From Bacillota bacterium (lineage in GTDB: Bacteria > Bacillota > Bacilli > Bu12): DNA of 64,000 nucleotides. Each line of letters opens with the position of its first letter. Positions within the stretch are counted from its first letter, which is position 1. The stretch is taken from contig JADBKH010000008.1 of assembly GCA_014896485.1 (NCBI GenBank), positions 6,710 to 70,709 of the forward strand, given 5' to 3'. Below the pieces are notes generated by a model. It searched no databases. It saw only the letters and a list, made by a program, of their open reading frames with translations, and had not been told where the DNA came from. This document shows positions 1 to 9,040 of this stretch, piece by piece. A program made the translations under genes and the position numbers.

Positions 1-29
1 TGATGCAGGCACAACTGCAAGTGCAATAG
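1..29 (+). CDS. 3' end of upstream gene, probably cytochrome ba3 oxidase subunit II (partial)
   Basis: Reads ...MQAQLQVQ* (TAG 27-29), resembling the terminal strand after the CuA-binding Met, directly upstream of subunit I. Only 8 codons are visible. Confidence 0.4.
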
Positions 30-67
30 ACGCCGAGAGAGACGGCGTTGGGAAAAGAGGGAGGATA

Positions 68-1771
68 TTGGCTGCTGTAGAAGTTCCATCCTCACGAGAG
101 GCACACCCTGAAAAGCAGGGAGGACCCTTTTCAAAACCGGATGCAAACTTGAGCTTGGCACATTTTATCGTCGTCTTTGTCGCACTCGTTCTGGGCGGTA
201 TCGCCGGTGCTTTGCAAGCAGAGGTTCGTTCCGGAACCTTAACCCTCCCGGCGGGAATCGACTATTATGCACTTCTAACCTTACATGGGGTCGTGATGGC
301 GCTCGTAGTGACCACCTATTTTATTGTAGGTTTTCTACTTGCATTCTCCGGTCACCTGCTGGGCGGTGAACTCAAACCAACACCCCGATTGCTCGGTTGG
401 ATTGGATTTATCGTCATGACCCTAGGAACTGCGATGGCCGCCATTGAAATTCTGCTCGGCAACGCTTCCGTGCTCTATACGTTTTACGCGCCGATGCAAG
501 CTTCCCCTTGGTTCTACGTCGGTGTTACCCTGCTCATTGTTGGCAGTTGGATCAGTGGCGCGGCGATCTTCGTTCAATACCATCTGTGGCGGAAAGAACA
601 CCCCGGCGAACGCTCACCTTTGGGTGCCTTTATGGCCGTCTGTACGTTTATTCTGTGGGACATCGCCACGTTGGGCGTAGCGATCGAGTCCCTCTTCCAG
701 CTGATACCCTGGTCTTTCGGCTTGACGAAAACCATCAACGTCGAACTCTCCCGGACTTTCTTCTGGTACTTTGGTCACCCGCTGGTCTACTTCTGGCTTT
801 TGCCGGCCTATATTGTCTGGTACACCGTCATTCCCAAGATTGTCGGAGGCAAAGTCTTCAGCGACACGCTGGCACGATTTGCCTTCCTGTTATTCATTCT
901 CTTCAGTGTGCCCGTTGGCTTTCACCATCAGTTAATGGATCCTGGCATCCAAAGTGGCTGGAAGTTTGTTCAAGTCGTGCTCACCATGATGGTCGTCATT
1001 CCTTCGCTGATGACTGCCTACGCGCTCTTTGCCACCTTTATCCGCGCAGGCAGGGCCAAAGGTCAGACCGGTTTTACTGGTTGGTTGAAGGCGATGCCTT
1101 GGGGAGACGTCCGTTTTCTGGCTCCCTTTATCGGTATGGTCGGCTTCATCTTTGGTGGTGCTGGTGGCATCATCAACGCCAGCAACCAGATGAATGCGAT
1201 GGTCCACAATACCCTGTGGGTGACCGGCCACTTCCACGAAACCTTGGCATTGACGGTTATCCTCACTTTCTTTGGGGCCAGCTACTGGCTGCTCCCCGCA
1301 CTCTCCGGACGCAAACTGACACCACAGATGAACAAGCTCGGCATCCTGCAGACGATCTTGTGGACGGTCGGTATGGTGATCATGAGTGGGGCCATGCATG
1401 CCGTCGGCCTGTTGGGAGCCCCACGTCGCACCTCGTATACGACCTACCAAAACAATCCTCTGGCCCAGACGTGGGTAGGCTATGAGCAGTGGATGGCCAT
1501 TGGTGGGATCATCCTCTTTATCGGGTTGGCCTTGATGGTCTACAACGCCTTCCGGATGATCTATGGGGCGCCCAAGGGATATACGGAGGTTCCCGTCGCT
1601 GATATCGAAGAGGAAGCCGGCACTCCCCCTGCCATCTTTGAGAAGTGGTGGTTGTGGATCGGCATTACGGTGGTGTTGGTGCTAATCGCGTACTTTGTCC
1701 CCGTGACACAAATGATTCAAAACGCAGGCCCCGGTTCGCCCGGCTTTAATACCTGGAACTTTGGCCGATAA
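68..1771 (+). CDS. cbaA: B-family (ba3-type) heme-copper terminal oxidase subunit I
   Basis: Polytopic membrane protein with LTLHGVVM, FWYFGHPLVYFW, GFHHQ, VTGHFH and GAPRR motifs; TTG start after GGAGG. Confidence 0.92.
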   Translation: MAAVEVPSSREAHPEKQGGPFSKPDANLSLAHFIVVFVALVLGGIAGALQAEVRSGTLTLPAGIDYYALLTLHGVVMALVVTTYFIVGFLLAFSGHLLGGELKPTPRLLGWIGFIVMTLGTAMAAIEILLGNASVLYTFYAPMQASPWFYVGVTLLIVGSWISGAAIFVQYHLWRKEHPGERSPLGAFMAVCTFILWDIATLGVAIESLFQLIPWSFGLTKTINVELSRTFFWYFGHPLVYFWLLPAYIVWYTVIPKIVGGKVFSDTLARFAFLLFILFSVPVGFHHQLMDPGIQSGWKFVQVVLTMMVVIPSLMTAYALFATFIRAGRAKGQTGFTGWLKAMPWGDVRFLAPFIGMVGFIFGGAGGIINASNQMNAMVHNTLWVTGHFHETLALTVILTFFGASYWLLPALSGRKLTPQMNKLGILQTILWTVGMVIMSGAMHAVGLLGAPRRTSYTTYQNNPLAQTWVGYEQWMAIGGIILFIGLALMVYNAFRMIYGAPKGYTEVPVADIEEEAGTPPAIFEKWWLWIGITVVLVLIAYFVPVTQMIQNAGPGSPGFNTWNFGR

Positions 1772-1785
1772 GCGACAGTTCTTTG

Positions 1786-1822
1786 GAAAAGGCATCGCGC
1801 CTTACGCGATGCCTTTCTATTT
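1786..1822 (+). terminator. Rho-independent terminator
   Basis: GAAAAGGCATCGCG / CGCGATGCCTTTC stem followed by TATTT. Confidence 0.8.
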
Positions 1823-1975
1823 GCCACTCTGTTCAGCAGATTGACCGATGGGTCAGGCGCCTCCTCCTACGGCACTGCCCGGAGGAGAAAGATCAGTATT
1901 ACCAACGATGCCAGCCAAAGCGAGCACGATTAGGATCTAATTGTACAAAAGCATTGTCAAAAAGGAGGTTGCACG

Positions 1976-3691
1976 ATGGCCAGCGATGAATACACGCGCT
2001 ATACCGAGACGTTAGATGCCTTGGGACATACACCATGGACAACCGTGTTACAAGGTGCTGGAAAACGTGTCGTACCCTCACGTGAACATGAGTGCTCTCA
2101 AGCACGGTGCGATCTCTGTTTCGATCGCTTCTGCGATTTTCGCGATGACATGCGTGCTCCTTGCGGACGCACAAAAGCCGACGCGGAAGCGCTTCTCCTG
2201 TTGCGCCGCATGCTGACAGCAGCAGGTACCGCACAACGGGGGGCGCTGCAAACGATCCAGGCGATCTTGCGTTCTCCCCAAAGCATCGAGGACACAGCTG
2301 TGGCCGATCTGCTCTCCCGGTTGCAGCCACTGACCACCGACGGAAGCCAGGAGAGCACCCTCTCTACGCAGCGACTGCTACGGCATTTGCTCCATGGCAT
2401 TCTAGGCGGTTACACGCAAGCAGAGGGACGATCCCTGTGGGCGCGGGTCTTGGCCGACCCAGAGAGTTTAAAGCGTCTGGACAAAACCGGAATGGTGCCC
2501 AAGCCGGCTTATACCCAGTTGATCGACGCGGCCGCACTCCTTTCACCCGGCAGTCTTCAAGACCGAGACGAGATTCAGCGTGCAGCCACGACAACCGCCC
2601 TCTCTGCGTTTTTTGATGGCTTGGCTGCCCAGGCCTTTTTGACGGAATTGCTCAAGTTCAAGACGCAAAAAAACACGTCTACACCGGTCGGATTGGCCAA
2701 TCTTCGTCCACAGACCCTCAATTTGGTGCTGTTGACCGACAATGCCGTGCAGGCAGCACGACTCATCGAAACAAGTTGGAAGGCCTCCGAGATCTTGGAA
2801 AATGCCAACGCCGAACAGATCGCATTCTTCGTTGCCGGAGACAATGGGGCACGTGTTGCAGCCAAACTGGGGATCCCATGGTTGGCCGATTACAATGCAG
2901 AAGTGCTGCTTCCCTTTGCAACCCTCGTTGACGGCATCATCGTCGGATCAGGGAATCATCCCCCAATGGTCGCCACCGCTGCACAGGTAGCCGAAGTCCC
3001 CTTGCTTCGATTGGGAGTTCCTGCATCTTGTGACGGCTTCTTTGAAGCGACTGTCACCCATTTTTCACGTCGGGTGCGCAGCAACACCCCAGCGCTTTCG
3101 GGTAAAGGAAACTTCGTCTTGCTGCGTGACTACCTGCGCCGTATCGAAGGTCGCCCCCGCATCGCCGCACGCCGGGCCACCGTCGATGCCATGCAGCAAG
3201 GTACGTTGCGTGGAATTGCGTTGGTCTATGCGGGACAGTTGGATGCCGGCCAACCCGAAGAAATCGAAACGCTCTTGCGCACCCTTCACACCCAGGGGCT
3301 CTTGCCCATCGTTGCTGGCGCAGTCGCCTTGCCAGCGGCACTGGCCGGATGGACCGACGAGCACGAAGCGACGGCATTGCTCCCCTTCCGCCGTTCCTTT
3401 GAAGATGCAACCGGCGTTCTGCTTCCACCTGTCATCGTCGCCGGCGGCGCAGCAGAACTGGCTGCAACCTATCTGTTACTGCAGCGGGAACGCCTGGTGC
3501 GCACCGATCCTTTGACGTTGCCAATCCGCTTTTTCCTGCCGACCCAATTCGATCCAGTAGGCGAACTGATGGCCATTTCGTTGGCGGCTTTGGGCTGTGA
3601 AGTCACTGTCGCGCAGCAACCCGACTGGCAAATCCGTCTTTTCGAAACAGGGACAGGCGAGCCTGCACAAATGGAGAAGGGATCGACATGA
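1976..3691 (+). CDS. Divergent Ni-CO dehydrogenase (CooS)/HCP-superfamily homolog lacking C-cluster ligands (putative pseudo-enzyme, Fe-S protein)
   Basis: AGGAGG RBS. C45-x2-C48-x4-C53-x9-C63-G matches the CooS B-cluster spacing. Collinear blocks GMVP, LNLVLLTDN, LGIP, VDGIIV, FSRR, GTLRGIALV and LPPVIVAG match CooS by eye. Confidence 0.7.
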   Translation: MASDEYTRYTETLDALGHTPWTTVLQGAGKRVVPSREHECSQARCDLCFDRFCDFRDDMRAPCGRTKADAEALLLLRRMLTAAGTAQRGALQTIQAILRSPQSIEDTAVADLLSRLQPLTTDGSQESTLSTQRLLRHLLHGILGGYTQAEGRSLWARVLADPESLKRLDKTGMVPKPAYTQLIDAAALLSPGSLQDRDEIQRAATTTALSAFFDGLAAQAFLTELLKFKTQKNTSTPVGLANLRPQTLNLVLLTDNAVQAARLIETSWKASEILENANAEQIAFFVAGDNGARVAAKLGIPWLADYNAEVLLPFATLVDGIIVGSGNHPPMVATAAQVAEVPLLRLGVPASCDGFFEATVTHFSRRVRSNTPALSGKGNFVLLRDYLRRIEGRPRIAARRATVDAMQQGTLRGIALVYAGQLDAGQPEEIETLLRTLHTQGLLPIVAGAVALPAALAGWTDEHEATALLPFRRSFEDATGVLLPPVIVAGGAAELAATYLLLQRERLVRTDPLTLPIRFFLPTQFDPVGELMAISLAALGCEVTVAQQPDWQIRLFETGTGEPAQMEKGST

Positions 3692-4341
3692 CCGTCGAAG
3701 AGATCATGGCACGCCAACTCATCACCATTTCGCCCCAAGCAACGCTGGATGAAGCCATTCGGCTCATGTATGCACATCGCATCCGCCACTTGCCGGTAGT
3801 AGATGCCCAGGGAGCATTGGCCGGCATCCTTTCTGACCGGGATGTGCGGACCTTCGTCGGAACGGCCTACCTGTCCGGCGAGCATTGTCTGACGGAAAAC
3901 GATCATGTCGCAGATGCCATGACATCGGAGGTGGTGACCACTACGCGTGATACGTTCGTCGAGGAGGCAGCCCGCGTCATGATCGAGCGCCGCATCGACA
4001 GCCTACCTGTTGTCGAAGGAAAACAGCTTCTTGGCCTGATTACCGATACTGACTTGCTGAAAACCCTCATTGCTTGGACGGGCGTCCTGCATCCCAGCTC
4101 CCGCGTGGAGATCGAGGTGGATGACAGTGCCGCAGCCCTGGCGGAACTCTTGAAGATTTTTGCAGCGCATCGGCTCAATATCGACAGCCTCATGATGGTG
4201 GGGTATACACCTGCAGGCAAACGCCGATTGGTCGTACGCTTTACGGCGCTCAACTACCTCCCCATTGTTCAAGAAATTCGCACCAAAGGGATGAAAGTGT
4301 TTACGGGCCTGCCTGGCGAAGAGATCGCCGACACGCCTTAG
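3688..4341 (+). CDS. CBS-pair plus ACT domain protein (AcuB-like)
   Basis: Two CBS repeats (IRHLPVVD..GILSDRD; IDSLPVVE..GLITDTD) plus a C-terminal ACT-like segment; ATGA overlap with the upstream gene. Confidence 0.88.
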   Translation: MTVEEIMARQLITISPQATLDEAIRLMYAHRIRHLPVVDAQGALAGILSDRDVRTFVGTAYLSGEHCLTENDHVADAMTSEVVTTTRDTFVEEAARVMIERRIDSLPVVEGKQLLGLITDTDLLKTLIAWTGVLHPSSRVEIEVDDSAAALAELLKIFAAHRLNIDSLMMVGYTPAGKRRLVVRFTALNYLPIVQEIRTKGMKVFTGLPGEEIADTP

Positions 4342-4371
4342 GGAGGATTTACCTCATTCCTTTAAGCTGGC

Positions 4372-4395
4372 AGCGCCCTTTCCGGCGCTTTTTTC
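4372..4395 (+). terminator. Rho-independent terminator
   Basis: AGCGCC-ctttcc-GGCGCT followed by a T run. Confidence 0.6.
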
Positions 4396-4602
4396 ATGGC
4401 CTCCTCCTCAGGGAGGCGCTTGATCCAAAGGGTTCATGAGCTAAGCATCCTGGTCCCAAACGACTAGGCCTCTATTTGTAAGAAGCCGGATTTCAAAAAT
4501 ACGTCGTTCACGCGATATCCCCTCCGTTCCTCCAAGTTTAGGATGAGGACGATGCGAAACGGCGAACCCGTTTACGCAGATTACCGAAAGCAGAGGTGAA
4601 AA

Positions 4603-5556
4603 GTGATGTGGGCACCAGAGCCTGCTTTTGTGGAACGTGAGAGCCATCCATCCCAGCGCTTCTCACTGCATTTTACACCGCAGCGGGAGTGGCACTTGTG
4701 GCATGCGCTGTGGTTTTGGGCCATGGGCATTGGCAGCGGTGTCTTTCTGCTTCGCCAGTTCTTCGCCCTCGAACAGACAGGCACCCTTTTGGGAATGGAT
4801 TGGCCCGACATTTTGGGTATCGTCTTTGTGGCCATCGGCGGACTGATCCTGATCCTCGATTTGGGCAAGCCACAGCGTGTTTTCAATGCGCTGCTGCAAC
4901 CCAAGCATTCCTGGATCAGCCGGGGTGCCATTGCCGACTTCACCTTCCTATTCTTTGGGGCGTTGTACACGTTGGCGGGTTGGTTCTCTCTTCCCTGGAG
5001 TCCAGCGACCTTCGTCCATGCGGATTTGGTCAGCCAGATTTTTATCGCAATCTGCACGTTAACCGCCTTCGTGATCATGCTTTATCCGGGTTTTGTCCTC
5101 TACGAGTCGCTGGCCATCCCGTTTTGGAATTCTGTCTTGGTCCCTGCCCTCTTTTTCGAGCTGGCCATCACATCGGGATTCGGCCTGCTGTTGGTGACCA
5201 TGGCCGCCACGGGTACGTTGACGGCAGCTGTCCTCACCCCTCTGGCCACGGCGACATTGATTGCCAATGTGGTCACACTGCTCACCGTCGTCCTCTATCT
5301 GTTCGATCGATATAAGTCACCGCGTCCGGCTGCACGGGTTGGACTCCAGCGTCTGCTGACCGGGAAGATAGCACCGTTTTTTTGGGCGACAGCTGTACTC
5401 GGCCTGATCGCTCCCGTGGTACTGACAGCACTGGCGCTTGCCGGTGTTGCGACTGTCCCCTTGCTCGTGGCAGGAGGTGTGTTGGCCATTTTGGGAAGCT
5501 TTGGCTTTCGCTATGTCCAGCTGCTGTCGGGGGTACGGCAGACCGCCGTCCTCTAA
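4603..5556 (+). CDS. NrfD/PsrC-family membrane anchor subunit of a molybdoenzyme complex
   Basis: About 8 hydrophobic segments; LDLGKPQR, SWISRG, YPGFVL, IPFWN and terminal FRY motifs. Confidence 0.85.
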   Translation: MMWAPEPAFVERESHPSQRFSLHFTPQREWHLWHALWFWAMGIGSGVFLLRQFFALEQTGTLLGMDWPDILGIVFVAIGGLILILDLGKPQRVFNALLQPKHSWISRGAIADFTFLFFGALYTLAGWFSLPWSPATFVHADLVSQIFIAICTLTAFVIMLYPGFVLYESLAIPFWNSVLVPALFFELAITSGFGLLLVTMAATGTLTAAVLTPLATATLIANVVTLLTVVLYLFDRYKSPRPAARVGLQRLLTGKIAPFFWATAVLGLIAPVVLTALALAGVATVPLLVAGGVLAILGSFGFRYVQLLSGVRQTAVL

Positions 5557-5587
5557 ATGGTTCAAAGAATGTTGGAGGTGAAGGATC

Positions 5588-8087
5588 ATGCCGATCACCG
5601 TTGATACACCCGAAGGGAAAGAAACCCTTTACTATAGCGCTTGCACGCCCAACTGCTGGATGAATTGTCGGTTGTATGCCCATGTGCGCGACGGCAAATT
5701 GGTCCAAACGTCGGCAGCCCCCTTTCCAGACAGCCGCTACAACCGGATTTGCCTACGTGGCCTCTCCCATCCCCAGCGCGTCTACAGCAAGGAACGCTTG
5801 ACCAAGCCGTTGCTCCGTGTCGGCAAGCGTGGGGAAAACAAGTGGAAAGAGATCTCCTGGGATGAAGCATTCACCCTCATGGCCAACAAACTGTCAGAGA
5901 TCAAAGAAAAATACGGCAGCCAAGCGGTCCTCTTTGCACCCTTGTCGGGCAACTATGCCATCTTAAATGGATCGCTGGCCGGTGCCACGCACCGCATGGC
6001 CAACATCTTCGGAGGCACCCTGGCCTGCGATAGCATCGATTTGGCCCTGGCAACCGGAGAATCCCAGGTTGTCGCCAACCTGGGATCGGGGATGACTTCC
6101 TGGTTTTTGGGGCACCAGCCGGAAGATATCGCCAATGCCAGGACGATCGTGGCATGGGGCACCAATGTAACCGAGTCCCAGGTACACAACTGGCACTTTT
6201 TCGCAGATGCACTGGAGAAGGGCGCCACCCTGATTTGCATCGACCCGCGTTACTCAGAAACCGCAGAAAAGGCGCACTACTGGCTGCGTCCTCGCCCCGG
6301 CTCCGACGCGGCGCTGGCGATGTCGATGATCGATGTGGTCATCGAAGAAAACCTCTATGACCGATCCTATGTGATCGATCACACCGTCGGGCCCTTCTTG
6401 GTGCGCAGTGACAACGGCAAGTTCCTGCGTCGCAACGATCTCGACCCAGATGGCGATGGATCAAACCTCGTCTTTGACGAAAAGAGCCAATCTTTCGTCC
6501 CTGTGGATACCGGAGAGATTGCGCCCGCGCTCTTTGGCAGCTTTGAAGCCCACTTGGCTGACGGTACGACCATCCAGGTACGCCCAGCCTTCCAGCTGTT
6601 AGCGGATCAAGCGGCAGCCTATACCCCCGAGCAGGCCGAAGCGATCACATCGGTCCGGCCGGACCTGGTTCGCGAGGTAACCCGCATCTATGTGCAAAAC
6701 GGCCCTGCTTTCGTCTATTCCGGCATGGGCATCGACCGCGGGACAATGCTGACATGGTCGGCCGGGCCATCGCGACACCGGGCGTCATCACCCACCAGAT
6801 CGGCAGTTCGGTGCAACACCCTTGCGCTTTGATGGGCGGTCCGCTATTGGCGTCGAGTTTACGCCTGGTATTCTCGATGCGTAATCATGCCCACGGGCCA
6901 AAGCCACTGCACGGCTCAACTTCCTGTTGACCTACGATGCCATTACCAAAGGGAAGATCAAAACCTGGGTCCCCAAAGATCCGAGCAATCCCATGGCTGG
7001 ACCGCGCAGTAAAGAGCCCGAAGAGGTCCCTTACACGATCAAGGCGGCCATCTTCTCTTGCGCCAATTTTGCCAGCAACTTCCCCAATCAGAATCGCATT
7101 CTCAACGAGATCTTCGATGAGAAGAACCTCGAGTTTGTCGTCGATCTGGAAATGTTCATGAACGATACGGCGCGTATGTGCGATCTGGTCTTGCCCATCA
7201 CCTCCTGGTTTGAGAACGACGACATCGTCGGCGGCATGCATCCATTCATGATGCGCCAGGAGCGGGCCATTGATCCCATTGGAGAATGCAAGTCCGACTT
7301 TGAAATCTATAAGGGACTCTCTGAGAAGTTGGGGCTGAGCCAATATTGGGTGAAGACCCCTCAAGCTTTCATCGATGAGATCATCCACAATATCGCCCAA
7401 GCCCTGCAAAATCCGCAGATCGAGGAAGATTTCAAACGGGATGGCGTGGCCCGGCTGATGCCTCCTGCCCTGATCCCGTTACAGGATGGCAAGTACATGA
7501 CTCCTTCAGGAAGGGCCGAATTCTATGCGGAAGGGGTCGTTGTCAACTGGCCGGCCATCCAGCCTTCTTTCCGTTTGCCGGTGGACATGGGCTTTGCCCC
7601 CCTGCCACACTTTGAGCCGCCCTATGAGGCTTGGCACGAGAATCCGAAGTTTGCCCAATATCCCTTGGTCTTAAACCAGCGCCACTCGCGTTTCCGCGTA
7701 CACACCACTTATTACAACGTACCTGTGCTACGCGAGATGGATCCGGAGCCATTGGTCGAGATGAACGAGCATGAGATGGCCCGGCGCGGTCTTAGAGACG
7801 GCGATATTGTCCGGGTCTACAACGACCGGGGCCAGGCCGTTTTGAAAGTCCGTACCAATAATGCTTACCCCGATCACACGTGCAACATCAACAAGGGGTG
7901 GCAACGGCACCAGTTTATCGCCGGTGGCTATCAGGAGCTGACAACCGAACATGTCAACTACCGGCATTACAACTGCTCGTTCTTCGATGTGTTGGTCGAA
8001 GTGGAACCCTGGAATCCAGAAAAAGTGCCGCCCCGTTCCATCGAAGAGCACGATGGCAAAGCCCATATCGTGAAAGGAGGCGTTTGA
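5588..8087 (+). pseudogene. DMSO-reductase-family Mo/W-bis-PGD catalytic subunit, interrupted by frameshifts at about 6740-6926 (pseudogene or sequence error)
   Basis: The N part (5588-6832) has CTPNCWMNC...ICLRG, ISWDEA, WGTN, IDPRYSETA and RPGSDAAL. The C part (6927-8087) has DLVLP..SWFE, KSDFEI, TPSGRAEFY, HTTY and VRVYNDRG. The two parts are in different frames. Confidence 0.85.
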
Positions 8088-8088
8088 A

Positions 8089-8838
8089 ATGGCTGTCGCC
8101 GAAACAGAACAAAAGCCGATCGTCATCTCGCCCAAACCGGACCACATTCCCCACTGGGGCATGGTGATCGACTTAAACCGCTGTATCGGCTGCGAGACAT
8201 GCGCGGTAGGTTGCAAAATCAAGAACAATCTAGCCGACGGCGTTTGGTGGAATCGGGTGCTGACCATAGGGGGCGATGGCCTCGACGTGGCAGACGGAAG
8301 CGTGGAGCAGCCGCGCGCCTATGCCCTTCCTCTCTCTTGCCAGCACTGCGAGAATGCACCTTGTCTGAAAGTTTGCCCGACAGGCGCCACGTATCGTACG
8401 GCCGACGGCCTGGTGCTGATCGACTACAACAAATGCATCGGATGCCGTGCCTGCATCCAAGCTTGCCCCTACGGGGTGCGTATCTTTAACGAAGAACAGC
8501 CCAAGCACGAATATACTGACTTCGACTTGGGTGCAGCAGAAGCGTTGCCACACGAGCAAGGCGTCGTGGAAAAGTGCACGTTCTGCGCTGACCGCCTCGA
8601 ACAGGGACTAGACCCGTTCTGCGTCGATGTTTGCCCAGCGCGTGCCCGCTTCTTCGGTGACTTAAACGACCCTGACTCTGAGGTCTCGCAGCTCATCGAA
8701 GAACGCCACGCCGAGACACTGCACCCAGAGCTTGGAACCAAGCCCAGCGTCTATTACATTCCCCCGGAAAAGGTGCGGACGCACCCGACGGGGTTGGATC
8801 GGCTCCAGCTCAATGCTGCTGACGTAGTCCACGAATAA
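8089..8838 (+). CDS. 4Fe-4S dicluster electron-transfer subunit (DmsB/NrfC/PsrB-like)
   Basis: CIGCETCAVGC, CQHCENAPCLKVCP, CIGCRACIQACPY, KCTFC..PFCVDVCP and GTKPSVYY motifs. Confidence 0.92.
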   Translation: MAVAETEQKPIVISPKPDHIPHWGMVIDLNRCIGCETCAVGCKIKNNLADGVWWNRVLTIGGDGLDVADGSVEQPRAYALPLSCQHCENAPCLKVCPTGATYRTADGLVLIDYNKCIGCRACIQACPYGVRIFNEEQPKHEYTDFDLGAAEALPHEQGVVEKCTFCADRLEQGLDPFCVDVCPARARFFGDLNDPDSEVSQLIEERHAETLHPELGTKPSVYYIPPEKVRTHPTGLDRLQLNAADVVHE

Positions 8839-8863
8839 GTCTCGACTTACGTTCCATTTGTAC

Positions 8864-8891
8864 AAGGCCCCTGCATACGGGGGGCCTTTTT
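8864..8891 (+). terminator. Rho-independent terminator
   Basis: AAGGCCCC / GGGGCCTT stem followed by a T run. Confidence 0.8.
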
Positions 8892-9040
8892 GTCCTATCT
8901 TCACCTTTCTATTGTAGGAAGGTCAGGCTAAGTAGACAACCCGTTTCGGCAGAAAAGTGTAGCGCAAAAATACGACAGAAACTGGATATCAAACGCATCG
9001 GGAATGGTTACACTGGGTATGCAAAGGATGTTTGTGAAAG

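Noticed and set aside
1938-1962. Rex, Fnr or CooA site upstream of the pseudo-CODH (TTGTACAAAAGCATTGTCAA)
   Set aside because: Spacing and symmetry do not fit TTGTGAA-N4-TTCACAA, TGTGA-N6-TCACA or TGTCA-N6-TGACA.
1976-3691. Annotating the ORF as a functional CODH or hybrid cluster protein
   Set aside because: All C-cluster/hybrid-cluster ligand positions are substituted and no maturation genes are present.
4420-4600. Possible Moco/Wco riboswitch upstream of the molybdoenzyme operon
   Set aside because: Only one hairpin is present (TGCGAAACGG-cgaac-CCGTTTACGCA, about 4553-4578); the characteristic multi-stem consensus is not recognisable.
8918-8940. CtsR heptad repeat upstream of the Clp ATPase
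   Set aside because: Only a partial GGTCA half-site; there is no second heptad.
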